Assembly: GCA_050942745.1 (NCBI GenBank)
Contig: JBMNNX010000005.1
Location: 42 to 64,041, forward strand
Direction of reading: 5' to 3'
DNA: 64,000 bases
From: Myxococcales bacterium
GTDB lineage: Bacteria; Myxococcota; Myxococcia; Myxococcales; UBA5297
The notes beneath the pieces were generated by a model. That model had not been told where the DNA came from and ran no database searches. It worked only from the letters and a program-made list of their open reading frames with translations. Position numbers and translations under genes: made by a program. Of the stretch, positions 18,586 through 28,700 are shown one piece after another (positions within the stretch are counted from its first letter, which is position 1; each line of letters opens with the position of its first letter).

Positions 18586-20844
18586 TCACTCGCCGGCCAT
18601 ATCCACGGTCATCTTTTCAAGCCTGCCGGGCTTGACCATCACAACCACCGATTTCTTCGTCCCGAGGTCTGTGTTCACAAGCGTAAGCTGGTGCTCTCCC
18701 TCGTAGAGCGTCAGCTTGGGCATCGGCGTCGTGCCTAGCTTCTTGCCGCGCAGGTAGACGTCGGCCCAGGGGGTCGCCACGATGAGCACCTCGCCCTGAT
18801 CCAGCCGGTACGAGCGCGTGATGTTTTCGCCGGGCTTGAGCACCAGCGGCACGGTCATCTCGAAGCCGAGGTCGCGGTTGACGAGAGTGAGGCGATGGCG
18901 ACCGGGCGGAAGCGTTCCTCGAAACGGCGTCTGGCCGAGGAAGGACTTTCCTTCCCAGATCGAGGCGGGCGGGTCGCAGTCGAGGCTGATAGTCGCGGGC
19001 CCACTGGCCTGCCGTGGGGTCGAATGCCGCTGTGACTCCGCCAGCGTGAAGAAGAGCTTCTTTTCGGGCCCGGGGCCGACTGCGACGTCCTCGCTCAGGC
19101 GCCTGTAGCCGTCGCGAATGACCTCGATTTGCGCCCTCCGGTTGGCGGCGATCATCTTCGTCGTCGGGCTATGGCCAATCCGCTCGCCGTCGAGGATCAC
19201 CTCCGCGCCCGGCGGCTCGGTATCGATGACGAGGCGAACCATGCGCTGGCTCGGGTCGGGCTTCAGCTCGAGGTTGAGCGGGACGATCGTCCCCTCTTCC
19301 TCGAGCGTCACCGCGCGCTGTTCGTCGAGGTAGCCCTTGTGCTCGATGAAGATCTGATGGACGCCAAGCTCGAGCCCCGCGACGGTGAGCGGCGTCAGCT
19401 CCTCCTGCCGCTTGCCGTCTACGACGACGCTGGCGCCCGCGGGCGTCGTCACGATCTTGAGGCCGGCGTACTTGGGCGTGGCCGGTTTGGGCACTTCAGC
19501 AATTGGCTGTGGGGTCTCGCCCCCCGGCCGCGTCGTAACGGTGCGCCCCTGAGGCTGGAGCAAGAAGATGCCCGCGGCCGCGGCGACCAGCGCGACTCCG
19601 AGGGCGCCGAGCGCGGCCTTCTTCCGGCCGCTCATTCGGTCTACGAGCCGAGAAACGGAGCTTCCGGTGATGGGCTCAGGCTCGACGGGGGTCGGCTCGT
19701 CGTCGTCCTCATACCCTGGCACCGGCGGCGCGCGGTAGGCAGCGGGCTTGCCGACCAGCGAGCCCCCGGCGCGCGGTCCCCTCCTGGCCGCGCGGGTCTG
19801 CTCACCGAGTGCGGGCTGCCCGATTGCCGAAAGACCGGTCCTTCGGCGAGGAGCTTGCGCAGAGATCGAGCTCGAGGTCTCGGACGGATCTTGAAATATC
19901 GGAGTTCCGACCTCTTGCTCCCTGGCGAGGCGGTCGGCATAGATCGCCTTGAGGAACGCCGAGAGGTGGGAGGGCGAAGAGGGTTGCTGATTGACCAGCA
20001 ACCACTCCTCGATCGCCATCTGCATCTCCGAAAGATCGCGATAGCGATCGTCGGGGTTGCGGGCGAGCGCCTTCATGACGATCGCGTCGAGCCCCTGAGG
20101 GATGCGCGGGTTCACCTCGGAGGGCGGCGCCACCTTGCACTCGCTGACCGCCGTGAGCGTCTGGATGTCGTTGCTGCGCTTGAAGAGGCGTCGGAGCGTG
20201 AGCAGCTCGTAGAAGACGATGCCCAGGGCGAACTGGTCGGTGCGGTGGTCAATCTCCTTGCCGCTCGCCTGCTCGGGGCTCATGTAGGAATACTTGCCCT
20301 TGAGCACTCCGGAGCGCGTCTGCGTCGCCTGGTCGGCGGCCTTGGCGATCCCGAAATCGGCGACCTTGACCGCCCCCTCGAAGGAGACGAGCAGGTTCTG
20401 GGGCGAGACGTCGCGATGGATGATGTTGAGCGGCGCGCCGCTCGCGTCGGTCCGCTTGTGGGCGTAGTCGAGGCCCGCGGCCGCGTCCATCACTATCCGG
20501 CATACGAGCGGAACGGGAATCGGGTTTCCCACCAGCTCCGACTGACGCCAGATGCGGCGGGCATCCTCGCCATGAATGTACTCCATGGCGATAAAGTACG
20601 CGCCCTCGGCCTCGCCGAGATCGAAGATCTGAACGACGTTTGGATGGTTCAGGCGAACCGCAACCCGAGCCTCGTGGAGAAACATCTCCACGAACTCCTC
20701 GTTCTCAGCAAGGTGCGGCAGGATCCGCTTGAGGACGAGCAGCTTCTCGAAGCCTTCGATCCCGGCCTGGCGGGCGAGATAGATCTCGGCCATACCGCCA
20801 GTGGCGATCTTCCTGAGTAGCTCGTATCGCCCGAACCGTTCCAT
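18586..20844 (-). CDS. Receptor-type Ser/Thr protein kinase with four PEGA-like ectodomain modules
   Basis: I trimmed the track ORF to the ATG at 20844 (MERFGRYELLRKIATGGMAEIYLA). Kinase blocks HRDVSPQNLLVS and DFGIAKA are present, with a TM helix ALGALGVALVAAAAGIFLL. PEGA modules are IVTTPAGASVVVDG and IDTEPPGAEVILDG, plus two degenerate copies. Confidence 0.9.
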   Translation of the reverse strand: MERFGRYELLRKIATGGMAEIYLARQAGIEGFEKLLVLKRILPHLAENEEFVEMFLHEARVAVRLNHPNVVQIFDLGEAEGAYFIAMEYIHGEDARRIWRQSELVGNPIPVPLVCRIVMDAAAGLDYAHKRTDASGAPLNIIHRDVSPQNLLVSFEGAVKVADFGIAKAADQATQTRSGVLKGKYSYMSPEQASGKEIDHRTDQFALGIVFYELLTLRRLFKRSNDIQTLTAVSECKVAPPSEVNPRIPQGLDAIVMKALARNPDDRYRDLSEMQMAIEEWLLVNQQPSSPSHLSAFLKAIYADRLAREQEVGTPIFQDPSETSSSISAQAPRRRTGLSAIGQPALGEQTRAARRGPRAGGSLVGKPAAYRAPPVPGYEDDDEPTPVEPEPITGSSVSRLVDRMSGRKKAALGALGVALVAAAAGIFLLQPQGRTVTTRPGGETPQPIAEVPKPATPKYAGLKIVTTPAGASVVVDGKRQEELTPLTVAGLELGVHQIFIEHKGYLDEQRAVTLEEEGTIVPLNLELKPDPSQRMVRLVIDTEPPGAEVILDGERIGHSPTTKMIAANRRAQIEVIRDGYRRLSEDVAVGPGPEKKLFFTLAESQRHSTPRQASGPATISLDCDPPASIWEGKSFLGQTPFRGTLPPGRHRLTLVNRDLGFEMTVPLVLKPGENITRSYRLDQGEVLIVATPWADVYLRGKKLGTTPMPKLTLYEGEHQLTLVNTDLGTKKSVVVMVKPGRLEKMTVDMAGE

Positions 20845-21046
20845 GAACCTCGGGGCCGAAGGCAACGCGCCCAGACGGCCAATCCTAGGCTCAGCCCCAC
20901 CACTCGTCAAACAAGGGAGCGCAGCGCGAATCCCAGGTTTTCAGTCGGTTGCGACGCGAGCCACCCGGCGGGGTTTCCACGGCGCGGCGGCAGCGCGGCG
21001 CGAAGGGCGCGTCCGCCGCGTTCGACACCTCAAGCCCCTTCTTGGC

Positions 21047-21688
21047 TCAGAAGGTGTACTTGATTTTCGGATAGAACGAAATCATGTGGACCATCGGCGA
21101 CAGCGTCGGCATGAAGCGGTAGTCGACGTCCAGGCCGATGCTGAAGTGGTCCATGTTGGTGGCGTACTCGGCGCCGACGGCAACCCCGAAGACAGGCCCG
21201 CCGTCGGTTTCGTCCATCGGCAGGGGGTCGAACGAGGCATACCCGACGTGCAAGCGGGGCTGCACCGTGAAACGGCTATTGATGTGGTAGCGGTAGCTCG
21301 CTTCGGCCGAAAAGAGGCTCACCGTAAAGTTGTCGGCCATCACGAGCTTGGGGTCCGAATTGCTCACGCAGCTTTGGCGGCTGTCCACAGTGGAGAAGCA
21401 GCTCGCGGCGGACGACCCAAGGCCAAAGTGCAGGCCCACGCTCAAGAACTCGAGCACGTCGTAGCCGACTCCGAGCTGCAGGTAGGGCTGGGCGTTCGAG
21501 GGCTTGGAAAGGCCTGTCATCACGCTCTTGCCTCCAAGCGTGAAGAAGCCTCCCATGTTCACGTCGGCGAAAAAGCCGGAGCGAATCTGCTGGGGAACCC
21601 CTGCGGCCGGAGTCGCCGCCCGTGCGGTGGGGACCAGGAGCGTGGCCGCAATCAGCGCGGCGCCGAAGATCGTTGCGTTGCGGGTCAT
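21047..21688 (-). CDS. Outer-membrane beta-barrel protein, GltH/NfsH-like by position
   Basis: I trimmed the track ORF to the ATG at 21688 (MTRNATIFGAALIAATLLVPTARA signal peptide). It has alternating beta-strand character and a C-terminal ...FYPKIKYTF with terminal Phe. It is the last gene of the A-H array. Confidence 0.65.
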   Translation of the reverse strand: MTRNATIFGAALIAATLLVPTARAATPAAGVPQQIRSGFFADVNMGGFFTLGGKSVMTGLSKPSNAQPYLQLGVGYDVLEFLSVGLHFGLGSSAASCFSTVDSRQSCVSNSDPKLVMADNFTVSLFSAEASYRYHINSRFTVQPRLHVGYASFDPLPMDETDGGPVFGVAVGAEYATNMDHFSIGLDVDYRFMPTLSPMVHMISFYPKIKYTF

Positions 21689-21766
21689 GTTCGCTCTGCC
21701 GTCGATTCGAGGGAAATAGCCTGCACGACGCGCACCCCGGCGCGTCGCAGGAGCCAAAGCCGCCTG

Positions 21767-23626
21767 TTATTCGGCGTCATCGTCGCTACCCGCGGCCTTG
21801 AAGACCCAGGGGTAGTTGATGATGCACACACCTCCGCCCTTCGGCTCGGGGAAACGCCAACGACGGATGCGGGTGAGGATGCACTGCTCGACGTTATTGT
21901 TGTTCATCGTCGTCTGGCCGATGTTCGCTTCGCTGACCGACCCGGTCGGATCGATGGTGAACATGACGGCGACCTTGCCCGAGAGGCTCGGATCCTTGTT
22001 GAGCTCCATCTCGTAGCAGTACCGAATCTCGTTGGCGTGGCGATTGATGACCTTGCTAATCACCGTTCGCTCGCAGGACCCGCTGAGCGTCGTCTTACCC
22101 GGCACGACGCGGGTGTGCGACTTGCCGCGCCCGCCAAGGTTGATGGCCCCGTAGCCGCCGCGGGCGCCGCGCCCTCCTCCCTTGGTGCCAAGCCCTGCCA
22201 GCCCCAGCCCGGTTCCGCCGCCGCCCGGTCCGGTGCCGCGCGAGCCGAGGCCGCCGATGCCGCCCGTGTCGGCGACGCCGGAGTCCTTCAAGCTGCCGAG
22301 CGCGCTGTTCAGTCCGGTCCCCATGCCCCCCTGGCCGAAGACGTTGGAGGTCGCGCCGTCGCCTCCGCCGAGCAGGCCGAGCAAGCCCGCGCTCATGACC
22401 TTCTTGCGGTCGGCTTCGCGCTTGTTCGCGTTGATGGTCGGGCCGGGCTTGGCGTTCTCGTCACGACGAGCGCCATACTTCTCGGGCTCCCTTTCGACCT
22501 TGACCTGCTTCTCCTTGACCTTCAGCTCGATCTTCTTCTTCTCCTTCTCCGGAGGCTTGATCACCAGCTTCGCAAAGCGCTGTGGATTCTTGAAAAGGTC
22601 CTCGGAGAGGGACTCGGCGGTGATGTCCGTCATGAACATCGCCGCCACGAGCACGATGCCCGCCATCGCGCTCGTCGTCATCACCTTGGTGAAGTACAGG
22701 TCGAACCCTGAGATGCCGGTCGAGCTGAGCTTGTGCGGGCGCACCCAGCGGATGATGAAGGCGACGTTGTCGATGGTGACCTGCACCCGGTCGTGCAGCT
22801 GCAAGGTGAGCAGCTGCGCCTGCACGGCGCCGTCGGTCGCCTTGAGCGCGCCCTCGCTCGAGAGCTGCTCACGGGTCTTCTCCGAGTCGCCGCGGCGCAG
22901 CACGACGTTCGCGCTCGCGGGAACCGAGACGACGCACTCCTTCGTGTTGCAGGAGGCCAGGGCGAAGGACTCGCCAATCGAAGTCGAGTAGATGTTGAAG
23001 TGGTTGCGCCGCGAGGCGCCGATGGTCACCCGCTGGTCGTCGGTGAAGTGGCGCACGTTGATGATCGTGTCGCCCCAGAGCATCGCCACTTCCAACTGCT
23101 TGCTGTCTTGGGCCGGCGTCTCCTCGGGAGGCAACTCCTCGTTGAACAACCGAGCGACGGTGCCGAAGGCGTCGACGGGGCTGGGAGAGGCCGCGACCTT
23201 CTCCTGCTTGGCGTGCTTCTCCTTCTTGCCCTTCTTGCCCTTCTTGCCTTCCTTCGACTCCTCGGAGGCCTTCTGCTCCTCGGGCTTAGTGCTCTCCTGC
23301 TTCTCCTCGGCCGAGGCCGTCTCGCAGCGAACGAGCTCGACCTTCACGCTGCCGATCTCGATGACGTCGCCGGCCTTCACCGGCGTCGGCGCGCTGATCG
23401 CTTGGCCGCCCACCTTCGTGCCCGTCTCGCTGCCGAAGTCGATGACGCTGGCCGCGCCGCCCTCGAGCTTGATCATGCAGTGCAGGCCCGCGACCTTCTC
23501 ATCCTCGATCTTCACGGCCGCTGCCGGGCCCGAGCCAAGGATGACGCTGTCCGCATCCTCCTTCGTCACCTCGTGCACGGAGCCGTCCGGACCGACGATC
23601 TTGAGAACCAGTGTGCTGTTGGCCAT
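21767..23626 (-). CDS. FHA / TM / Gly-rich linker / AgmX-PglI (TonB-C-like) C-terminal domain protein, GltG/NfsG-like (619 aa)
   Basis: The N-terminal domain is FHA-like (VILGSGPAAAVKIEDEKVAGLHCMIKLEGGAASVIDFGSETGTKVGGQAI). A Lys-rich tract and one TM helix (VMTTSAMAGIVLVAAMFM) follow. The tail VISKVINRHANEIRYCYEMELNKDPSLSGKVAVMFTIDPTGSVSEANI...CILTRIRRWRFPEPKGGGVCIINYPWVF matches my recollection of the AgmX/PglI C-terminal domain. Confidence 0.8.
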   Translation of the reverse strand: MANSTLVLKIVGPDGSVHEVTKEDADSVILGSGPAAAVKIEDEKVAGLHCMIKLEGGAASVIDFGSETGTKVGGQAISAPTPVKAGDVIEIGSVKVELVRCETASAEEKQESTKPEEQKASEESKEGKKGKKGKKEKHAKQEKVAASPSPVDAFGTVARLFNEELPPEETPAQDSKQLEVAMLWGDTIINVRHFTDDQRVTIGASRRNHFNIYSTSIGESFALASCNTKECVVSVPASANVVLRRGDSEKTREQLSSEGALKATDGAVQAQLLTLQLHDRVQVTIDNVAFIIRWVRPHKLSSTGISGFDLYFTKVMTTSAMAGIVLVAAMFMTDITAESLSEDLFKNPQRFAKLVIKPPEKEKKKIELKVKEKQVKVEREPEKYGARRDENAKPGPTINANKREADRKKVMSAGLLGLLGGGDGATSNVFGQGGMGTGLNSALGSLKDSGVADTGGIGGLGSRGTGPGGGGTGLGLAGLGTKGGGRGARGGYGAINLGGRGKSHTRVVPGKTTLSGSCERTVISKVINRHANEIRYCYEMELNKDPSLSGKVAVMFTIDPTGSVSEANIGQTTMNNNNVEQCILTRIRRWRFPEPKGGGVCIINYPWVFKAAGSDDDAE

Positions 23627-23808
23627 GGCCTAACCTCGCCTCCGCGACCGCTCGCTCCGGGGGCCGCCTGCGTCCAGGTCGAATTGAGAGCCGGATCGCT
23701 GTCCAGTCAAATCCAATCTTCCCCTCGCGCACCGCTCGGAGCGGCGCCTGCTCAATGCCCGCCCTGCCAAGTTGGACAGCGACGCGCCGCGCAAGTTCTC
23801 CGACTGCG

Positions 23809-24078
23809 CTAGAGATTGTCCACCGACTTTTGGAGCTCGGGGAGAAAGTCGTTGCGAAGCTTGATGAGGCTGCCGAACCGAGTCTTCTTGCGGTTGAGCA
23901 GGTAGCTGCCCTCCGGCTTGGTCAACTCGCCCTCGAGGGTCACGTCGTTGAAGTCGATGACCGTCTTCTTCTTGTAGACCGTCTTGTCGGCCTCCTGAAT
24001 GACGTTCTGGGCAAAAGCAGCGGGCGCTCCGAGAATCACCGTCGCAACCGTCATCGATGCCAGAAGGCGCTTCATCAC
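23809..24078 (-). CDS. Small secreted protein, GltF/NfsF-like by size and position (89 aa)
   Basis: Signal peptide MMKRLLASMTVATVILGAPAAFA. It lies between the GltE-like and GltG-like genes, where the small F component sits in M. xanthus. Confidence 0.6.
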   Translation of the reverse strand: MMKRLLASMTVATVILGAPAAFAQNVIQEADKTVYKKKTVIDFNDVTLEGELTKPEGSYLLNRKKTRFGSLIKLRNDFLPELQKSVDNL

Positions 24079-24187
24079 TTCCTCCGTCTCTCGGCGCAGG
24101 CTAGCCGCCCGCGCCAGAGGGGCTCGGGCTTAGAAAGCGCGAGAGTATATGCCTGCTTACGAACAAAGCTCAAGCGGCCGAAGGCGG

Positions 24188-25714
24188 CTACGGCTTGCTC
24201 GGGTCCGCTGACGGCTGCTTCGCCTCCTCCGCTTTCCCCGCGGCCGGGCTCGCCCCCTGCTCCTCGGCAGAGCCCGAGGGGCCTTCGGCGCCCTTCTGCG
24301 CCGCGGGCTCGCCCTCGCTCGCCTTTTCCTTGGCGGCGTCCCCGCTCTGGGTCGCCGGTTCCGCGGCGCTGTCGCCCGAGTCGACTGGCGGCACCGACTC
24401 GGGGCTGTCGGCGGGCGCGGACTCTTGCTGCTCGGCCTGCTCGGCGATTTGCTCGAGCAACGATCCGTCCTTCGGCTGCTGCTCTGCGGCCTTGCGGCGC
24501 TTTTCCTCCTCCTCGCGCTGCCTGCTCTCCTCGGCTTCCCGCCGCAGGCGCTCGGCCTCGGCGCCGGCCAGGATCCGCTGCTCGACGACCTGTAGCTCCT
24601 GCGCCGCCTTATCCTTCGCCGGCCCCTCGGCCACCGCGAGGTAGCGCTCATAGAAGCTCTTCGCCTTGGACAGGTCCTTCAGCTCGCCGGCATAGGCGCG
24701 GGCGATCCCGTAGAGCGCGTCGGGCTGGTCCTTGACGAGCGCGAGGACCTTCTCGAACTCGGCGACCGCGTCGGCCGTGCGGTGCGTGCCATCCTTGAGC
24801 CGAACACCCTCGTAGGCCCAGGCCAGGTTCAGGTGGGCGTTCGCGTTGGTGGGATCGAGCTTGACCACCTTCTCGAAGCTCGCCGCCGCGTTCTCGTAGT
24901 CGCGATACGAGAGAGCCATCGCCCCGATGTTCGCGTGGCCGGGAGCAAAGTCCGGGTCGAGCGCAACCGCCTTCTTGAACTGCGCGAGGGCGAGGCGCCT
25001 TTCACCTTGCTTCATGTAGACGAGGCCAAGGTTGTTGTAGACGCCGGGATCCTTCTCGTCCAGCTTGACCGCATTGCCAGCGACAAAGGCCGCGAGGCTG
25101 AGCTTGTCCTGGTCGTAGGCGATGAGGGCGAGGTTCTTGTAGGCGTCCGGGTTGTCCTTGGTGCGCGAGAGCAGCTTTCGGACCGTCTCGGTCGCCTTGT
25201 CGAACTTCTTCGCAAACCGGTAGAAGACCGCGAGGTTGTTGAGGTAGTTGACGTCGAAGGGACGCGCCTCGAGCGCCTTCTCATAGAGCGCGATGCCCTC
25301 CTCGTACTTCTGCTGGTCGCGGTAGACCTTGCCGAGGTTGAGGATGGTCGCTTCGTGATCGGGCGCGATCTCGAGCACCGCGCGATAGTGGCGCGCCGCC
25401 GTCTCGAGGTCACCTTCGGCCTGCGCGATGAAGGCGAGGTCGTAGTTGGCGATAAGGAGCTTTGGGTCCTTCTCGACCGCCTTGGACAGTTCCAGCTTGG
25501 CTTGCGCGAGATCGTTCGTCTTGAGCGCCTCGACGCCCGCGTACTGGTGCTCCTCTGCGGTCGTCTCCCGCACCTGCACAGGGGCCTCGACCGTCGGGGC
25601 CGGCTTGATCTCCTGTTTTGGGCCCGAGCAGGCTGCCAGCCCGAGCGCGGCGAGCATCGAGAGAATGGGGAAGGAACCTGGGCGCATGGTCATGTTGTTC
25701 GGCTGAGAGGTCAT
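24188..25714 (-). CDS. TPR-repeat lipoprotein, GltE(AglT)/NfsE-like (508 aa)
   Basis: Lipobox LSMLAALGLAACSG. It has about nine TPR units (e.g. YNNLGLVYMKQGERRLALAQFKKAVALDPDFAPGHANIG) and an acidic/Lys-rich C-terminal tail. A GAGG ribosome-binding site lies 8 nt upstream of the ATG at 25714, which is 18 nt after the upstream stop. Confidence 0.75.
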   Translation of the reverse strand: MTSQPNNMTMRPGSFPILSMLAALGLAACSGPKQEIKPAPTVEAPVQVRETTAEEHQYAGVEALKTNDLAQAKLELSKAVEKDPKLLIANYDLAFIAQAEGDLETAARHYRAVLEIAPDHEATILNLGKVYRDQQKYEEGIALYEKALEARPFDVNYLNNLAVFYRFAKKFDKATETVRKLLSRTKDNPDAYKNLALIAYDQDKLSLAAFVAGNAVKLDEKDPGVYNNLGLVYMKQGERRLALAQFKKAVALDPDFAPGHANIGAMALSYRDYENAAASFEKVVKLDPTNANAHLNLAWAYEGVRLKDGTHRTADAVAEFEKVLALVKDQPDALYGIARAYAGELKDLSKAKSFYERYLAVAEGPAKDKAAQELQVVEQRILAGAEAERLRREAEESRQREEEEKRRKAAEQQPKDGSLLEQIAEQAEQQESAPADSPESVPPVDSGDSAAEPATQSGDAAKEKASEGEPAAQKGAEGPSGSAEEQGASPAAGKAEEAKQPSADPSKP

Positions 25715-25732
25715 GGTCGTGCCTCGCGCGCG

Positions 25733-28700
25733 CTAGAGGTTGCCCGGAGCCTGCGCGCCCGGGGTCGAAGGAGCGGTCTGTGCCGGGGTCGGCGGCGGAG
25801 GTGGCGGCTTCGGCGCGTCGAGGATGGCCGCGGCCGAAGCGAAGAACTGCGCCCCCTGGTACGGCACCTCGCGCGGCTCGAGGAAGGCCCCGCGCTTGTA
25901 GTTGTTGATGCGGTTCTGCGCCTCGAGGGTCCACTCGTTGTAGACCGACAGCTCAAAGCTCTTCTCGAGCGCCTTCTCGTAGAGGTTGATCGCGCTCTCT
26001 TCAAGCGGGAAGGCCCGGTTCTCGAGCTCGCTGCGGTACATGAACAGCTGGTCTTCGTCGAGGCCGTACGGGTCGGGGCTGTCGAGCAGGTTGCGCGCGA
26101 AGTCCTCGTACGCCTCGCCCATGCGCGTCAGCGAAGCGATCGCCCAGTCCACCGAGCCGATGGCGACCACCGCGGTGTAGCTCTTCTCGACCTTGTCCTT
26201 GAGCTCGAGCTTGGACTTGAGGTTCTTGCGCAGCGTGCGCACCTGGTCGAACTTGACCGACTTGTACTCCCGCCACAGCGGCGCGAGGGCCTCGAACCGC
26301 AGGTGCGCATAGGCGTTGCGCACCCGATCGCTCTCCTGGCTTTCCTTGGAGAGCTTGTCGAACGACTTCAGCAGCTCGTCCATGAGCTGCGCGGCGTCCC
26401 GGTCCTGCTTCAGCTCCCGGTGCGCGAGCCATTCGCGGTACTTGGCGTAGAAGACCTCGGCGGCCCCGACGCTCTTGCCGTACTGCTCGACATAGCCCTT
26501 GAAGATCTTCGCGGCGTCCTTGTGGTTCTTCTGTCGCTCGAAGATCAGGCCGATCTTGAAATAGACCTCCGGCACGTCCTTCTTTGCCGGGAACTCGGCC
26601 ACATAGCGGCTGTAAAGCGAGACCGCGTGCTCGTAGTCGCCAAGGCCCTCGGTCCACAGCGCAGCGTTGAAGAGCGCGTCGGCGACCTTGTCGGCGGTCT
26701 CGCCATCGAGCTTCCTCTCCTTCTTCTTGGCGGCCTTCTTGGCGTCCTTGGCCTCCTTCGCGGGCTCGCCCAGGAAGTGGCCCGCATAGCGCTCGAAGTA
26801 GCGCGCCGACATCGCGAAGTCGGAGGTCTGCTCGTAGAACGAGCCTAGGTAGAGCATGGTGCGCGCGACCAGGTCCTTGCCATCGATCGTCTTCGCGTGC
26901 GGGTACTCGGCGAGGAGCTTCTCGCCCACCTCGATGCTCCTGTCCAGCTCCTTGGCCTCGGAGTGGATCACCATCGCGTACAGCAGCGCCTGCGGCGCGT
27001 ACTTCGACTTGGGGAACTCGCCGACGAACTCGCGGAACTTCACCGCCGCCTCGGCCGGCCGCTGCTCCTTCTTGTAGACGACCTCGTCGATGTACATGTA
27101 CTGGCTGGCCTCGACGAGATCGGCGATGCGGTTGGCGAACTCCCTGTCGCTGCCGGCCAGCTTCTTGTTCGCGTGGAACTCGCGGGCGAGGCGATTGAGC
27201 TCGAGCCACTCCTGCTTCTGATTGAGGATATCGAGCGACAGGTCGGCGGCCTTGCGGCTCCACTGATCGGTGGGCCACTTGGCGATGATCTCCCCGAAGC
27301 GCTTGGCCGCTTCGAGATCGTGCTTGTGGTCGTAGAAGACGAAGGCGGCCTTGTAGCGCACCGTGATCTCGTCGTCGGCGCCCGGGTAGATGGTCACGTA
27401 GCGGTCGATGGCCTCGACGAGCTTCCTCTGGAAGGGCGGAATCTCCTCTTCCTTCGCATCCTTGTCGTGGCGCTCGAGCTTGACGGTGGTCTTCTTGACC
27501 TCGTCCTTGCGCTTCTTCTCGTCGATCCTCTGGCCTTCCTTCAGCTCGACCTTCTTCGCCTTGCCGCGCTCGATGTCGACGAGCTTCTCGTAGCAGAGCA
27601 CCTCGTTGTAGGCGGCCAGCTTCGAGTACTGTCCCTCCCTGTCCTTCTCGACCACCATCGCGTACTGCGGGGCCGCTTCCTCGTACTCATTGAGCGCCCA
27701 GAGAATTTCCGCGTAGTAGAAGCGCAGGTTGTAGGCGAACTCGCTGTCCGAGAAGTTGTCGAGGTACTCCTTGTAGATGTCGCGCGCGAGCCGGTAGGTC
27801 TCGACCACCTTGGTCTTCTGCGCCTCCTGGTGGTACTCGGTGACCATCGTGCGCATCGCGTTCTCGGTCATCTCGTACGCCGCCGAGATGGCGTTCTTGT
27901 TCTCGGAATTCGCCTTGGCCCAAGGGCTGTTGGGGTTGTAGAGATCAACCAACCGCTTCATTTCCTTCTTGACCATCTCGCGGTTGCGCAGGCCCTCGTA
28001 GCTCGTGATGATCGCGTTCTGATACTCGGGGCAGCGGGCGTCGTTGACGTCGTCGCTGATGAGGGTGCGGAAGACGCGGATCGCGCTCTCGTGCTTTCCC
28101 GCGTCCTGGAAGAGACCGGCCAGCTTGGCGGTCAAGCGCCGGGCGTTGGCCTTGCCGGTGTTCTTCTTGAAGTACTCCATCGCCTCGTCGACCGCCTCGA
28201 CCTGGGCGAAGCTGATGACGATGTCGTTGAGCGCTTCGTTCTTGAGGCCGGTTCCGCCCCTTTCCACCTTGGAGTGGGCGATGACCTCTTTGAACTTCTT
28301 GATCGCCTCCTCGTAGGCGCCGCCGTTGTAATCACACCACGCGAGCTTGTAGAGGGCGAAGTACTTGATCTTCGCGTTGTTGGTGGCGAGCGCCTTCTCG
28401 AACGCGGTGCGCGCCTTGGCGAGCTGGTTCGTGTTGAAGAAGTGCTCGCCCATCTGCACGTAGGCGTCAGGAACGAAGCGCGAATCCGGGTACTGCTTGA
28501 TGAGCTCGTTGTACTTGGCGATAGCCTCTTCCTTCTGGCCGATCTCGTACTTGTTGTAGGCGAAGGCGAAGAGCACCTCGTCCTTGCGCTCGTAGGAGGG
28601 GTACTCCTTGAGGATCTCCTCGTACTTGCGCAGCGCCTCCTGCCGATAGAGCTCACCCTCGCGCGTGAAGACCTCGAGCCGCGGCTCGGGCCCGGCCTCC

